A DNA stretch of 64,000 nt from a bacterium (GTDB lineage: Bacteria > UBA8248): assembly GCA_965261085.1 (NCBI GenBank), contig OZ253442.1, positions 4,160,001 through 4,224,000 on the forward strand. The letters are read 5' to 3'. This document shows, piece after piece, positions 49,900 through 60,141 of the stretch. The notes under the pieces are model-generated. The model was not told the origin of the DNA. It saw only the letters and a program-made list of their open reading frames with translations, and did no database searches. Both the position numbers and the translations under genes were made by a program. Numbering within the stretch: the stretch's first letter is position 1; each line of letters starts with the position of its first letter.

Positions 49900-52005
49900 A
49901 TGAACGCACGAAAATCCCTAAAAAGCCTCTTTCACCCGAAATCCTTCGCCGTAGTGGGCGCAGCCTCGAACCTGAACCGCTTAGGCGGTATCCCCCTGCG
50001 TCTCACGATGAAATACGGCTTTCCCGGCCCCATCTACCCCATCAACCCGAGGCGTGAGGAGATAGCGGGGCTTAAGTGCTATCCCGACATCGCCTCTCTG
50101 CCGGAAGCGCCCGAATTCGCGCTCATCTGCACGCCGAGAGAAGACGTGCTCCCCGCCCTCGCACAATGCGCGGAACGCGGAGTAAAGGCCGCCGCCGTCA
50201 TCACCTCCGGCTTCGCGGAAACGGGCGCAGAGGGAGTCGCGCTTCAAGAGAAGATTCTCGCACTTCGCGACGCATCGGGGATGCGGGTGCTCGGCCCCAA
50301 CTGCATGGGCGTGGTGCACGTGCGCTCACGCCTCATGGCCACGTTTACGATATCCATCAGGGATGACGACCCGCTCATTCCAGGGGCCGTGGCCATCGTC
50401 ACCCAGAGCGGGGCCATGGGGGCCTGCATGCTCACGGGCTTTCAGGAGAGTGGTTCAGGCATCAGCAGCCTCGTGAGCCTCGGCAACGAGGTGGACGTTG
50501 ATTTCGCGGAATGCGTCGAATACTTTCTGGACGACCCGCACACGCGCGTCATTTGCGGGTATCTGGAATCCGTGCGCAATGGCAAGCGTTTGAAACGCGC
50601 CGCCCGGCGCGCCTTGGAGCTTGGGAAACCCATCGTCCTGCTCAAGGGCGGTAAGACCGAAGAGGGAGCCCGCGCCGCGCGCAGCCACACCGCCGCCATC
50701 ACGACCTCAAGCGATGTTTTTGACGCCTTCGCCGAACAATACGGCGTTCAGGTGCTGGGCTCCATGGATGAGTTCATCGAAATAGCGGATTTCCTCGCGC
50801 GCACAAAGCCGATTCAAGGAAACGGGGTGGGGATTTTAAGTTTCTCGGGCGGGCTGGGCGCGCTGGCCGCAGACTTAAGCACGGACGCAGGTCTCAGGCT
50901 TCCCGTCCTCGGCGAGAAAACGCAAGAAAAGCTCGCTGCCGTGCTGCCCGACTACGCGCCCAAGGACAATCCGGTGGACCTCGTATCCCTAATGGTCAGC
51001 CAACCCGAGAGCCAGCCGCTCAAAACCGCAGGGGAAGCGGTGGCATCGGATGAGAGCGTAGACGCCCTGCTCTTCCTCATGGGCATTTATCACCACGTGG
51101 GCGAGCAGATAGCCGAAGAAGTGAAGGCGCTGTTCAAATCCTCGGAAATCCCCATCGCCTTCGCCTGGCTCACGGGGCCGCGAGAGTACATACATGCGCT
51201 CAGGAAAGCCGACGTACCCGTTTTTGGCGATTATTCACGCGCGATTCGCGGCCTGGAATCCCTCTTATCCCTCGAACACGCGCGCGAGACCGCCTCGTCT
51301 CAGCACTTCTCGAAAAACCACACAAGGAAGGAGGCGGCCAGGCGAAGCATAAAGCGGGGCCGCGCATCGGCCGATGGTTTTCTGCCGCCTGAAACCTGCG
51401 CCGAAATTTTGGACCTCTACGGTATCCCGAGACCACGGGAAATTCTGGTCGATACGGCGGATGAAGCACGCAAGACGTGGGAGGAGTATCAAACCCCCGT
51501 TGCGCTCAAACTGGTATCGGAGAGCCTCTCGCACAAGACCGAGGCGGGCGGCGTGATCCTGTATCTCGATACACCCGAGGAGGTGCTGGCCGGAGCCGAA
51601 AAATTGCTTACTCTCACGGATGACGCGCGCCTTCTGGTGCAGGAGATGGTCGGAGGCGGCATAGAGCTTCTGGTCGGCATATCGCGGGATGAGACGTTCG
51701 GGCCGTGCGTCACGGCGGGGCTGGGCGGGGTGTATGTGGAGGCGCTGGGCGACGTGGCCCGCCTGCTGCCGCCTTTTGACGCCGCACAGGCCGAAAGGGC
51801 GCTATCGGGCCTTCGCTCGCGCGTCATATTCGATGGCTTCCGGGGCGGTCCCAAAGTTCAAATCTCGCGCATATCCGATATAATGGTCAAAATATCGAGG
51901 CTGGCGCTGGAGTTGAGACACGAGATCGCCGAGATGGACCTGAACCCGCTCATCGCCACGGCTAAGGGCTGCATCGCCGTGGACGTTCGGATAAAAAGGA
52001 CCTGA
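49900..52005 (+). CDS. ADP-forming acyl-CoA synthetase (acetate-CoA ligase family, fused alpha/beta)
   Basis: PKSFAVVGA, GPNCMG, TQSGA, SHTAA, NPVD, HKTEAGGV, DLNPL. Confidence 0.92.
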   Translation: MNARKSLKSLFHPKSFAVVGAASNLNRLGGIPLRLTMKYGFPGPIYPINPRREEIAGLKCYPDIASLPEAPEFALICTPREDVLPALAQCAERGVKAAAVITSGFAETGAEGVALQEKILALRDASGMRVLGPNCMGVVHVRSRLMATFTISIRDDDPLIPGAVAIVTQSGAMGACMLTGFQESGSGISSLVSLGNEVDVDFAECVEYFLDDPHTRVICGYLESVRNGKRLKRAARRALELGKPIVLLKGGKTEEGARAARSHTAAITTSSDVFDAFAEQYGVQVLGSMDEFIEIADFLARTKPIQGNGVGILSFSGGLGALAADLSTDAGLRLPVLGEKTQEKLAAVLPDYAPKDNPVDLVSLMVSQPESQPLKTAGEAVASDESVDALLFLMGIYHHVGEQIAEEVKALFKSSEIPIAFAWLTGPREYIHALRKADVPVFGDYSRAIRGLESLLSLEHARETASSQHFSKNHTRKEAARRSIKRGRASADGFLPPETCAEILDLYGIPRPREILVDTADEARKTWEEYQTPVALKLVSESLSHKTEAGGVILYLDTPEEVLAGAEKLLTLTDDARLLVQEMVGGGIELLVGISRDETFGPCVTAGLGGVYVEALGDVARLLPPFDAAQAERALSGLRSRVIFDGFRGGPKVQISRISDIMVKISRLALELRHEIAEMDLNPLIATAKGCIAVDVRIKRT

Positions 52006-52012
52006 CGAGAGG

Positions 52013-52453
52013 ATGCGCATGAGCAAGAGAATCACGCCCGAAATCCGCGCCCTGGTGGGGCGAAAGCACGGCCCCTACAGAGTAAAAGTCGAGCAGGGCG
52101 CGATCGAAAAATTCGCAGACGCCATCGGCGACCCGAACCCGGCCTACCGGGGAGTCGACGCCATCGCGCCCCCCACCTTCCCGACCACCTTCAGGACAAA
52201 GGACGCCTTTCCCGATCTGCCGCCTGATTTCGGTGACGTGGGCCTCCACGCTTCGCAAGCCTATGAGGTGGAGCGACCCATCCGTGCGGGCGATGAGCTG
52301 GATGTTTCCTTCACCATCTTGGGCATCACCGAAAAATCGGGCCGCACGGGCGATCTGGTCTTCGTAGAGCGAGAATACGAATTTCTGGACGCGCGCGACG
52401 GCTCCCGCGTGGGCGGGGGCAAGTGGGTATCGCTCAGGCGATTCAGGAACTAA
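52013..52453 (+). CDS. MaoC_dehydrat_N-like protein
   Basis: VEQGAIEKFADAIGDPNPAY, APPTF, LHASQ.YE..RPI.AGD. Confidence 0.85.
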   Translation: MRMSKRITPEIRALVGRKHGPYRVKVEQGAIEKFADAIGDPNPAYRGVDAIAPPTFPTTFRTKDAFPDLPPDFGDVGLHASQAYEVERPIRAGDELDVSFTILGITEKSGRTGDLVFVEREYEFLDARDGSRVGGGKWVSLRRFRN

Positions 52454-52463
52454 AGGAGAGGCG

Positions 52464-52865
52464 ATGCGCTACAGACATGGCGATAAACTCCCCGAACTCG
52501 TAAAGGAACCCGTATCGCGGACACAGCTCGTGAAATACGCAGGATCCAGCGGGGATTACAACCCGATTCACTATGACGACGAGGCGGCGCGGGCGGGCGG
52601 TCTCGAGGGCGTCATCGCCCACGGGATGCTATCGATGGGCTTTTTGGGGCATTTCATTGAGAACACCTTCGGCGCGGGAAGCTGCAAAAGGCTCGAAGTC
52701 CGCTTTCAGGGCATGGTGAAGCTCGGCGAGGTCATCACCTGCCGGGGCGTCGTCACCGACATCACGCAAGAGAAGAACCGATCATACGCCACCTGCGAGA
52801 TCGAGGCGGTAGACTCAAGCGGCCGCGTCGTCACCAGGGGCTGCGCCCAGGCCTGGCTGGACTGA
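52464..52865 (+). CDS. MaoC family dehydratase
   Basis: YAGSSGDYNPIHYD...IAHGML. Confidence 0.9.
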   Translation: MRYRHGDKLPELVKEPVSRTQLVKYAGSSGDYNPIHYDDEAARAGGLEGVIAHGMLSMGFLGHFIENTFGAGSCKRLEVRFQGMVKLGEVITCRGVVTDITQEKNRSYATCEIEAVDSSGRVVTRGCAQAWLD

Positions 52866-52893
52866 ATCCATAGAATAGAAAGAGAGGAATTCC

Positions 52894-53637
52894 ATGAGAC
52901 TGAAAAACAAGAACGCCATCGTCACCGGCGCCGCCCAGGGCATCGGCCGCTCGGTTTGTGTGCGCTTCGCAGAAGAAGGGGCGAAGGTGCTCGTCGTCGA
53001 CATGAACGAGGAGGGCGGCGAGGAGACGGCGCGCCTGATTCGAGAGGCGGGCGGCGAGGCCATCTCCCACAAGGCCGACGTGAGCAAACTCCAGGAAGTA
53101 GAGGGCGCGCTCGACGTTTCCGAAGCCGCGCACGGCCCCATCAACGTCATGGTGAACAACGCAGGCATCGTGCGCGCGGCCATGCTCCACAAGATGACCG
53201 AAGAGCAATGGGACTCCGTGATCGCCGTTCACTTGAAGGGCACCTGGACGGGAATTCACGCGGCGGCCAAGCGCATGATCCCCCGAAAAGAGGGCCGCAT
53301 CATCAACGTCACCTCCGGCGCGGGGCTTCGCGGCACCATCGGCCAGATCAACTATTCCTCCGCCAAGATGGGCATCGTCGGCGCGACGCAAAGCGCCGCG
53401 CGCGAACTGGGACGCCACAACATCACCGTGAACTGCGTCTCGCCCGCGGCCATCACCCCGATGACGGAGACGATTCGCACCGATGAGCGCTTTGAATCCA
53501 AATACCTGGAGCGCATCTGCCTGGGCAGGTGGGGAGAACCCGAGGAGATGGCGGCTGGCTTCGTGTTCCTCGCATCGGACGAGGCGAGCTACGTGACGGG
53601 CATCGTGCTCAGAATCGACGGCGGGCTGGGGATGTAG
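52894..53637 (+). CDS. SDR, 3-oxoacyl-reductase-like
   Basis: TGAAQGIG, NNAGI, YSSAK. Confidence 0.92.
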   Translation: MRLKNKNAIVTGAAQGIGRSVCVRFAEEGAKVLVVDMNEEGGEETARLIREAGGEAISHKADVSKLQEVEGALDVSEAAHGPINVMVNNAGIVRAAMLHKMTEEQWDSVIAVHLKGTWTGIHAAAKRMIPRKEGRIINVTSGAGLRGTIGQINYSSAKMGIVGATQSAARELGRHNITVNCVSPAAITPMTETIRTDERFESKYLERICLGRWGEPEEMAAGFVFLASDEASYVTGIVLRIDGGLGM

Positions 53638-53640
53638 GCT

Positions 53641-53909
53641 CTGGATTCCGGAATTCGCCGGGATGACAAGCAAAGGGAATATCACTCCCCCCTTGAGGGG
53701 GAGTCGCAGAAGCCGAGCCCCTTTGGGCGAAGGCTGATGCGGTGGGGGGCAAGGTTCTAAAATAAAAGCTCCCCCCACCGGCACGACTGCGGGCTTCGCC
53801 CTTGCCTTGCCGACTCCCCCTCAAGGGGGGAGTAATTTCGCATATCTCGTTTTATCGTCTCGACGACATTCCCTCCCTCATCGGTCGGGAATGACCCTCA
53901 AGGGGGGAG
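53641..53909. repeat. REP/REPIN-MITE-like palindromic cluster
   Basis: Perfect 23-bp IR (53684-53706 / 53811-53833); inner IR 53739-53748 / 53771-53780; partial third copy at 53895-53909. Confidence 0.8.
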
Positions 53910-54052
53910 CAAAGGCGAGCGGACACACAAGTCCTCCCTTACGAGACAACCACCACCCCCAAAATACTCACCCCCATCTGGCGTCGCCACCACGGGACTG
54001 ATAGAATCGCCCCGGATGCGACCCCGAAAACAACGAAACGGAGGAACCGCCC

Positions 54053-55081
54053 ATGAAGGCCATGATCCTCAAACAATTCGGCCAGCCCCTCGCCTACGAG
54101 GAAGCGCCCGAACCCAAGATCGGCCCACACCAGGTTCTGGTGGAATCGAAGGCGAACGGCCTGTGCGCCACGGACCTCAAAATCGTGGACGGAAACGTCA
54201 AGTCGGCCCCCACGCCCTTGATGCTCGGCCATGAGAATTCGGGAATAGTGCTCGAAGTGGGCTCGGAGGTCGATTCCTTCTCTCCGGGCGATCGCGTGGT
54301 CGTCGTGAGCAAGCAGACCTGCGGGCGCTGCCGCATGTGCCGCCTGGGCCATGAGGAGATGTGCCTGAACTCGCCGGGACGCTTAGGCATCGAGATAGAC
54401 GGCGGCTTCGGCCAACTCGTCGCGGCCTCTGAGCGAAACCTCGTCAAAATCGGGGACAACGTATCGCTCGCAGCGGCCTCCCTCATCGGCGGGACGCTCG
54501 GCTCCCCGCTCCACGCCATCCGCATGGCGCGGCCCGAACTAGGGGAGTGCGCCGTCATCTTCGGGGTCGGGGGACTGGGACTGCACGCTCTTCAACTCCT
54601 CCGCCACCTGGGCGCGAACATCATCGCCGTGGACGTGAAGGACGAAAAACTCGCCAAGGCGCGCGAACTCGGCGCGTTCGAGACCGTGAACGCGATGGAG
54701 ACCGACCCGGTCAAGGCCGTGATGGACATCACGAACGGATTCGGGGCGGACATCGCGCTCGAGATCGTCGGCGGTGCCGCCGTGCCGCCCGTGCTCCAGC
54801 AGTGTCTCGACCTGCTCCGGCCCGGCGGACGCCTCATCGTCCTGGGCTACGTCTTCGGCCAGAAAATGGAAATCGAACCCGCGCAGCTCATTACCAAGTG
54901 GATACAGATCATCGCGTCGCACAACCACACGGTGCGCGACGTGACCGATGCCGCGAGCCTGGTGAACGATGGCCGCGTGCGCGCCGTCATCACCGAGGAG
55001 GCGCCTATGCCCGACGCCAATGACGCCCTGGCCGCCCTGCGCGCAGGCGACCCGGTGGGCCGCATCGTGCTCACCTGGTGA
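54053..55081 (+). CDS. Zn-dependent alcohol dehydrogenase
   Basis: LCATD, GHE, CGRCRMC...C, GVGGLG. Confidence 0.92.
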   Translation: MKAMILKQFGQPLAYEEAPEPKIGPHQVLVESKANGLCATDLKIVDGNVKSAPTPLMLGHENSGIVLEVGSEVDSFSPGDRVVVVSKQTCGRCRMCRLGHEEMCLNSPGRLGIEIDGGFGQLVAASERNLVKIGDNVSLAAASLIGGTLGSPLHAIRMARPELGECAVIFGVGGLGLHALQLLRHLGANIIAVDVKDEKLAKARELGAFETVNAMETDPVKAVMDITNGFGADIALEIVGGAAVPPVLQQCLDLLRPGGRLIVLGYVFGQKMEIEPAQLITKWIQIIASHNHTVRDVTDAASLVNDGRVRAVITEEAPMPDANDALAALRAGDPVGRIVLTW

Positions 55082-55186
55082 GTTGGGGCGCGTTTCAGGA
55101 ATCGCTATCACGGGGCAACAACCAACCAGATGAGACCATAGGACCAAGACCGACAAAATCTTTACAACGCATCCGCAGGAGGCAAC

Positions 55187-56578
55187 ATGGCGTATCGAAT
55201 CGAAACGGACAGTATGGGCGAGATCGAGGTCCCCGAGGACAAATACTACGGCGCGCAGACCGCGCGCTCGCTCGTTCACTTCAAGATAGGCGGCGACCGC
55301 TTCCCTCGTGAGATCATCCGCGCGCTTGGCATCTTGAAGAAAGCCGCGGCCATGACGAACGAGGAACTGGGAATCTTAAGTTCCGATAAGGCCGCGCTCA
55401 TCATCCAGGCGGCGGATGAGGTGATCGCGGGCGATCTGGACGAGCATTTCCCGCTCGTCGTCTGGCAGACCGGCAGCGGAACGCAGACGAACATGAACGC
55501 GAATGAGGTCATCGCGAACCGCGCCATCGAACTCACAGGCGGCGAGATGGGTTCCAAAGACCCGATCCATCCCAACGACGACGTGAACAAGGCGCAGTCC
55601 TCGAACGATACTTTCCCCACGGCGATGCACATCGCAGCGGGGGAGCAGATGACGAAGAAACTCATCCCCGCCGTGGAAGCGCTTAAAGATACGCTCGCGG
55701 CGAAGGCGAAGGATTTCGAGACGATAATCAAGATCGGCCGCACGCACCTGATGGACGCCGTTCCCTTGACGCTGGGCCAGGAATTCTCGGGCTACGCTCA
55801 ACAACTCGAAAACGGCATTGCGCGCGTCAAGATGTCGCTGGACGGCATCTATGAGCTGGCGCTTGGCGGTACGGCGGTGGGCACGGGCTTGAACACGCAT
55901 CCCGACTTCGCGGACAAGGCCGCCGCCAGAATCGCCGATATGACGGGGCTTCCCTTCCGCTCGGCGCCCAACAAGTTCGAGGCCCTCGCCGCGCACGATG
56001 CGGTCGTCTTCGCGAGCGGGGCGGTAAAGACCCTGGCGGCGTCCTTGATGAAGATAGCCAACGATATCCGTATGCTGGCCTCGGGCCCCCGGTGCGGCGT
56101 GGGCGAGCTCCTCATCCCCGAGAACGAGCCAGGAAGCTCCATCATGCCCGGCAAGGTGAACCCCACCCAGAGCGAGGCGATGACGATGGTGTGCGCCCAG
56201 GTGATGGGCAACGACGTGGCCGTGAACATAGGGGGCGCTACGGGGCATTTCGAATTAAACGTCTTCAAGCCCGTGATGATCTTCAACCTGCTGAACTCGG
56301 TGCGCCTGCTGGCCGATGCGTGCGTATCGTTCAACGAGCATTGCGCGGTGGGCATCGAACCCAACCGGCCGGCGATAGACGCATACCTTCAGAACTCACT
56401 CATGCTGGTAACGGCGCTAAACCCCGTCATCGGGTATGACAACGCGGCCAAGGTGGCGAAAAAGGCCTTCTCAGATGGCGGCTCCCTGCGCGACGCGGCT
56501 CTCGCGCTGGACCTGCTCACGGGCGAGGAATTCGATGCGGCGGTAAAGCCCGAGAACATGATCGGGCCCAAGGGGTGA
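55187..56578 (+). CDS. fumC: Class II fumarate hydratase
   Basis: [25 protein letters not shown]. Confidence 0.97.
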   Translation: MAYRIETDSMGEIEVPEDKYYGAQTARSLVHFKIGGDRFPREIIRALGILKKAAAMTNEELGILSSDKAALIIQAADEVIAGDLDEHFPLVVWQTGSGTQTNMNANEVIANRAIELTGGEMGSKDPIHPNDDVNKAQSSNDTFPTAMHIAAGEQMTKKLIPAVEALKDTLAAKAKDFETIIKIGRTHLMDAVPLTLGQEFSGYAQQLENGIARVKMSLDGIYELALGGTAVGTGLNTHPDFADKAAARIADMTGLPFRSAPNKFEALAAHDAVVFASGAVKTLAASLMKIANDIRMLASGPRCGVGELLIPENEPGSSIMPGKVNPTQSEAMTMVCAQVMGNDVAVNIGGATGHFELNVFKPVMIFNLLNSVRLLADACVSFNEHCAVGIEPNRPAIDAYLQNSLMLVTALNPVIGYDNAAKVAKKAFSDGGSLRDAALALDLLTGEEFDAAVKPENMIGPKG

Positions 56579-56588
56579 AGGTGTGCTT

Positions 56589-57365
56589 TTATAAAGAGAG
56601 ACAATCCTCGATAAAGCGCGATATCCTTTCTCGATTGGCGGTGAGACTCGAAAACTGATTTTCACAGACATCGCTGAAACGCGCCAACACCTTGCGATTG
56701 ATCGATTCCTGATCTTCGAAGATCGCAAGAGAACGAAAAGACATGTCCCATTTCTCGAACTGAAGTAGTGTGATCGTAGCGTCGCGGACCTTGTCGTCAT
56801 TTGACAACGCATGAATAAAGAGCGGGCGAGGCATGCCGTTAACACGGCAGTCTACAGAATATCTGCCTTCCGGATCGCGCTCTGGATCAAACCAATCGAA
56901 ATTTCTCCGTTCTTCGAGCATTGATACGGCGAGAAAATTTCGGAAATCATCGTTGAAAGTGGAACGGACTCTCTCTCGTGACAAGTAGGACACGTCGGCG
57001 ATTTTGAGAATACCCTGCACAAAAGAGAAAAGCGCGTCCCCGTATTGTTCGTCCGGTACGGGGAGGATGAGTTCTCCATCACGATCTTCGATCCGAAAAG
57101 CAGAGAGTGTGTTGGTGATGATTTTCTGGCGTGTCCCACGTTGAAGATCGGTTTCGTCAATGTCGTAGGTGAGGTGCATGAAAGTATGCGCCTCGTCCGA
57201 CAACACCCATGCCAGCCCTTCCCGTTTCAAAACGACCGCAAGATGATCTCCATCCTCGAATAGAAATGGTGTAAACACACGAAATCGCTCAATGCCTTCT
57301 GCAATGAGCCGGATCTCTTGAGACACTTTTTCATGGAAGTCGCGTTCAATCGTAGCGATAGACAT
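56589..57365 (-). CDS. DUF1828-like protein
   Basis: VFTPFLFEDGDHL...WVLSDE..T; low GC. Confidence 0.7.
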   Translation of the reverse strand: MSIATIERDFHEKVSQEIRLIAEGIERFRVFTPFLFEDGDHLAVVLKREGLAWVLSDEAHTFMHLTYDIDETDLQRGTRQKIITNTLSAFRIEDRDGELILPVPDEQYGDALFSFVQGILKIADVSYLSRERVRSTFNDDFRNFLAVSMLEERRNFDWFDPERDPEGRYSVDCRVNGMPRPLFIHALSNDDKVRDATITLLQFEKWDMSFRSLAIFEDQESINRKVLARFSDVCENQFSSLTANRERISRFIEDCLSL

Positions 57366-57367
57366 AT

Positions 57368-57850
57368 TTAAACCTCCCGAAAAAGACCGAGTTGATCGTC
57401 AGTGGGAGCGCCGAGATTCATGTCCTCAATAAAACAGCGAAGCGCACTACTATAATCCCCGTATTTGTTAGTTATTTCCGCATAAGCGTCCTCACGGGTT
57501 CCCATTTCCTGATATCGCTCCGTGGCCATATGAATATGGAATCCGTAAAAGCTGTTGCTTTCTATATGATTCTTATGTTCGTGGCTCTTCCCGTTATATC
57601 GTTGCAGGCGAAAGAGTTGACTTGATTTCGGCACGCGCACTGCTAGGATAATCGAGAAATCGAGAATATTCACCATACTCCGCCGGAGAATGACACGAAA
57701 CTCGTTGCCCACATCGCTTGTGAGATCGAGTTCCCGCTCTTCATGACCCCGTTTTGGACGAAGACGCATCTGGTCACGCCATTTTGGTGGAAGGGGTTTC
57801 CGTTCGGCAATAAGCTCCTCGATTTCGCTATCGGAATACGTTCTCGACAT
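57368..57850 (-). CDS. Hypothetical protein paired with DUF1828 (DUF6978-like)
   Basis: L.RYNG..H.H.N......HIH.ATERY; 2 nt from the next gene. Confidence 0.6.
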   Translation of the reverse strand: MSRTYSDSEIEELIAERKPLPPKWRDQMRLRPKRGHEERELDLTSDVGNEFRVILRRSMVNILDFSIILAVRVPKSSQLFRLQRYNGKSHEHKNHIESNSFYGFHIHMATERYQEMGTREDAYAEITNKYGDYSSALRCFIEDMNLGAPTDDQLGLFREV

Positions 57851-58107
57851 GTGAAATTCCCATCCAGATCAGCCTGCCTGTCATATCCATCGCGTTTCGT
57901 CCTAAGGATTTTTCGATAGTCTGTCTACCAAAATACCCCGTTGCCATTATACTGTCATCCGGTAGCGCAATTCACGAACCGTGGGCGAACCCCTTCACCC
58001 CAATACCCTCAAACGCCGCCGGTATCTGCTGGACGTCCTGGATGATATCAGGCGGCGGGTCTTCCCCTACGAGAAGCGGTTCACGATTGGCGGGTCTGGA
58101 CGTTCGT

Positions 58108-59241
58108 TTACGAAACCAGGCTTAAGAGCCGCTCCCAGAGGTATTCCGCGTCCTCATCGGTGAGCGGGTCGGGCGAGATGTAGATTTCCGATTCGCCCGA
58201 TACGCCTATCTGTATCCGCACCTCGCACTCCCAGAGCGCATCGGCGACCTCATCGCGCGATTTCCCGAGTGATTTCTCGTCGATTTCGATCACGACTTCC
58301 GGCAAATCCTGCCCCAGGGTGTTGGGGCGTCTGAGGCGGGGCGAGAGTCCTTTCATCCCGGTTGTGCGTTCCATGAAGAACTCGCACCACCGCTCATTGT
58401 GGGCGTACTGGGCGGTCTCGCCGGCGTCCAGATAATGCGCAAGCGCCGCGAGCAGGCCCACGATGACGTCGCGTCCCGCCTTCATGGGCCGGCCGATGGC
58501 GTACCTGGGGCTTCCCATCATGGCGCAGGCTTCGATGATCTCCTTTTTGCCCAGGATGATGCCTGTGTTCTGCGGCCCGCCGATGCTTTTTCCCCCGCTG
58601 AAGATGGCGGCGTCGGCCCCCAACTCCTTCGTGTAGCGCCAGAGATTGGAGGATGGGGGAAGCTGCGCCGCGGCATCCACGACCACGGGCACGTTTTTGC
58701 CGTGCGAAATCTCGATGATGGTCTCGAGCTTGAGGATGTTCCGGCCCGCATACTGACCCGGGAAATAGAAGACGGCCGCCGTTTTCTCGCCGATGGCGTC
58801 TTCGAGTTCCCAGGGGTGGGTCTGGCGGTGAGAGCCTATCTCCACGAGCCGCGCCCCCGCCTGGCGGATGTTGATGTCGTAATGGTTTCTCTGAAAGCGG
58901 TGGATGACGATCTCGTTCTTCAAGCCGTCCGTAAACGGGAGCTTGTCCATGAGGGCCGGATTTCCGCCCGTGATGCAGGCCGCCGCACTCAGCACGAGGC
59001 CGGCGGCGGAGCCGCTCGTGACGTAGGCCGCCTCGTTTTGCGTCATCTGTGCGATGCGCGCGCCCGCTTTTGCGTGCAGTTCGGTCATTTCCACCTGGGC
59101 GGCGTTCGCCTCCTGCATGGCGGCCCATACCTCGGGCCTCAGCTTCGCGCCGCCCATGCGGGTCTGGCGGGTGCGCGCGCTGATGACGCGGCGGACTCCG
59201 AGGTTTTTGAGGAATTTGGGGTTTTGAGGGGATTCGTTAAT
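58108..59241 (-). CDS. SelA-like/DgaE family PLP-dependent enzyme
   Basis: LGVRRVI, VDAAA, FSGGK..GPQ..G, IGRPMK. Best RBS points to ATT at 59241; alternative ATG at 59301. Confidence 0.85.
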   Translation of the reverse strand: MNESPQNPKFLKNLGVRRVISARTRQTRMGGAKLRPEVWAAMQEANAAQVEMTELHAKAGARIAQMTQNEAAYVTSGSAAGLVLSAAACITGGNPALMDKLPFTDGLKNEIVIHRFQRNHYDINIRQAGARLVEIGSHRQTHPWELEDAIGEKTAAVFYFPGQYAGRNILKLETIIEISHGKNVPVVVDAAAQLPPSSNLWRYTKELGADAAIFSGGKSIGGPQNTGIILGKKEIIEACAMMGSPRYAIGRPMKAGRDVIVGLLAALAHYLDAGETAQYAHNERWCEFFMERTTGMKGLSPRLRRPNTLGQDLPEVVIEIDEKSLGKSRDEVADALWECEVRIQIGVSGESEIYISPDPLTDEDAEYLWERLLSLVS

Positions 59242-59252
59242 CGCCTTACTCC

Positions 59253-60002
59253 TTAGCCAGGGGTGGAGAATCCGAGTTCGCTCACGTTTTTGAGGATGGT
59301 CCATGAGGCGTCTTCCGTATTTCCGCATAGGGAAAGGGTGTGAAAGCCCTCCTCCTTGCGGTAGAAGCGCCTCTCGATATCGAGTTTGAAAGCCTGTGTC
59401 GTCTCACGAGGCATGATCTCCAAATCAGTGGATTCCGGCGGCGCGCCATCCGTGCCGACGCCAAACAGGAGCGGCGAGGCGGCTCCCTCGTGCGCCACTT
59501 CTCCCTCGATTTCGAGATGGGCCGCCTCCTCTCCCCATACGAGAAAAGAAACGCTCATACCGGGCGATACCTCGCGCCACCCGCCCGGTGAAATCGCCGC
59601 ATCCACGCGCAGGCGTTGCCTCCACTTGCGGGACTTTCGGTTGTGATGGCTCAGGATGAATTTTCTGTGCTCGGGCCTGTCCGCCCAGTGGTAGTGCCCG
59701 GGCCTGCTCTCATAGGGCCTTCCCATGCCGACGAGCAGGGCTGCCGGATCGCCGCGCATCACCTCTTCTCCGTCTATGGCTTCATGGTCCGTCGTCGAGG
59801 CGATGAGCTTCACGCGCTCTCGACGCTCATCCCACGTCGCGTAGACGTACTGCACCGTGTCGATTGGGGGCCGCGAGGTCACGTTGGGCGGCGGTTCCTG
59901 CAAGGTGCGCGGCCCCCCGCCGACGCGGATTTGCTCGCCTGCGTGGCGCACGAGTTCCAGTTGATGAAAGCCCCGGTATTCCAGACGGCATGGTTGGGAC
60001 AT
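59253..60002 (-). CDS. Hypothetical protein
   Basis: GGAGG RBS before MSQPC; stop overlaps the RBS of the next gene. Confidence 0.6.
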   Translation of the reverse strand: MSQPCRLEYRGFHQLELVRHAGEQIRVGGGPRTLQEPPPNVTSRPPIDTVQYVYATWDERRERVKLIASTTDHEAIDGEEVMRGDPAALLVGMGRPYESRPGHYHWADRPEHRKFILSHHNRKSRKWRQRLRVDAAISPGGWREVSPGMSVSFLVWGEEAAHLEIEGEVAHEGAASPLLFGVGTDGAPPESTDLEIMPRETTQAFKLDIERRFYRKEEGFHTLSLCGNTEDASWTILKNVSELGFSTPG

Positions 60003-60141
60003 GACGCCTCCTCCTGCACTCGGCTTGAGCATGTGCTCGATGCGGCCATGGTATCACGATGTGCCGCGGCTTGGGATCATGTATCATGCGCCGCGCAGCC
60101 TCCCGGGCGGCATCTTTTTTTCCACTTACAGGAGCTACGAC

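Noticed and set aside
57981-58163. 60-aa ORF as a real gene
   Set aside because: No RBS or recognisable motif, and it overlaps the end of the convergent gene; at most an unidentified fragment.
58108-59241. True selenocysteine synthase SelA
   Set aside because: About 377 aa, lacks the N-terminal tRNA-binding domain and has DAAA/IGRPMK motifs of the DgaE/SelA-like group.
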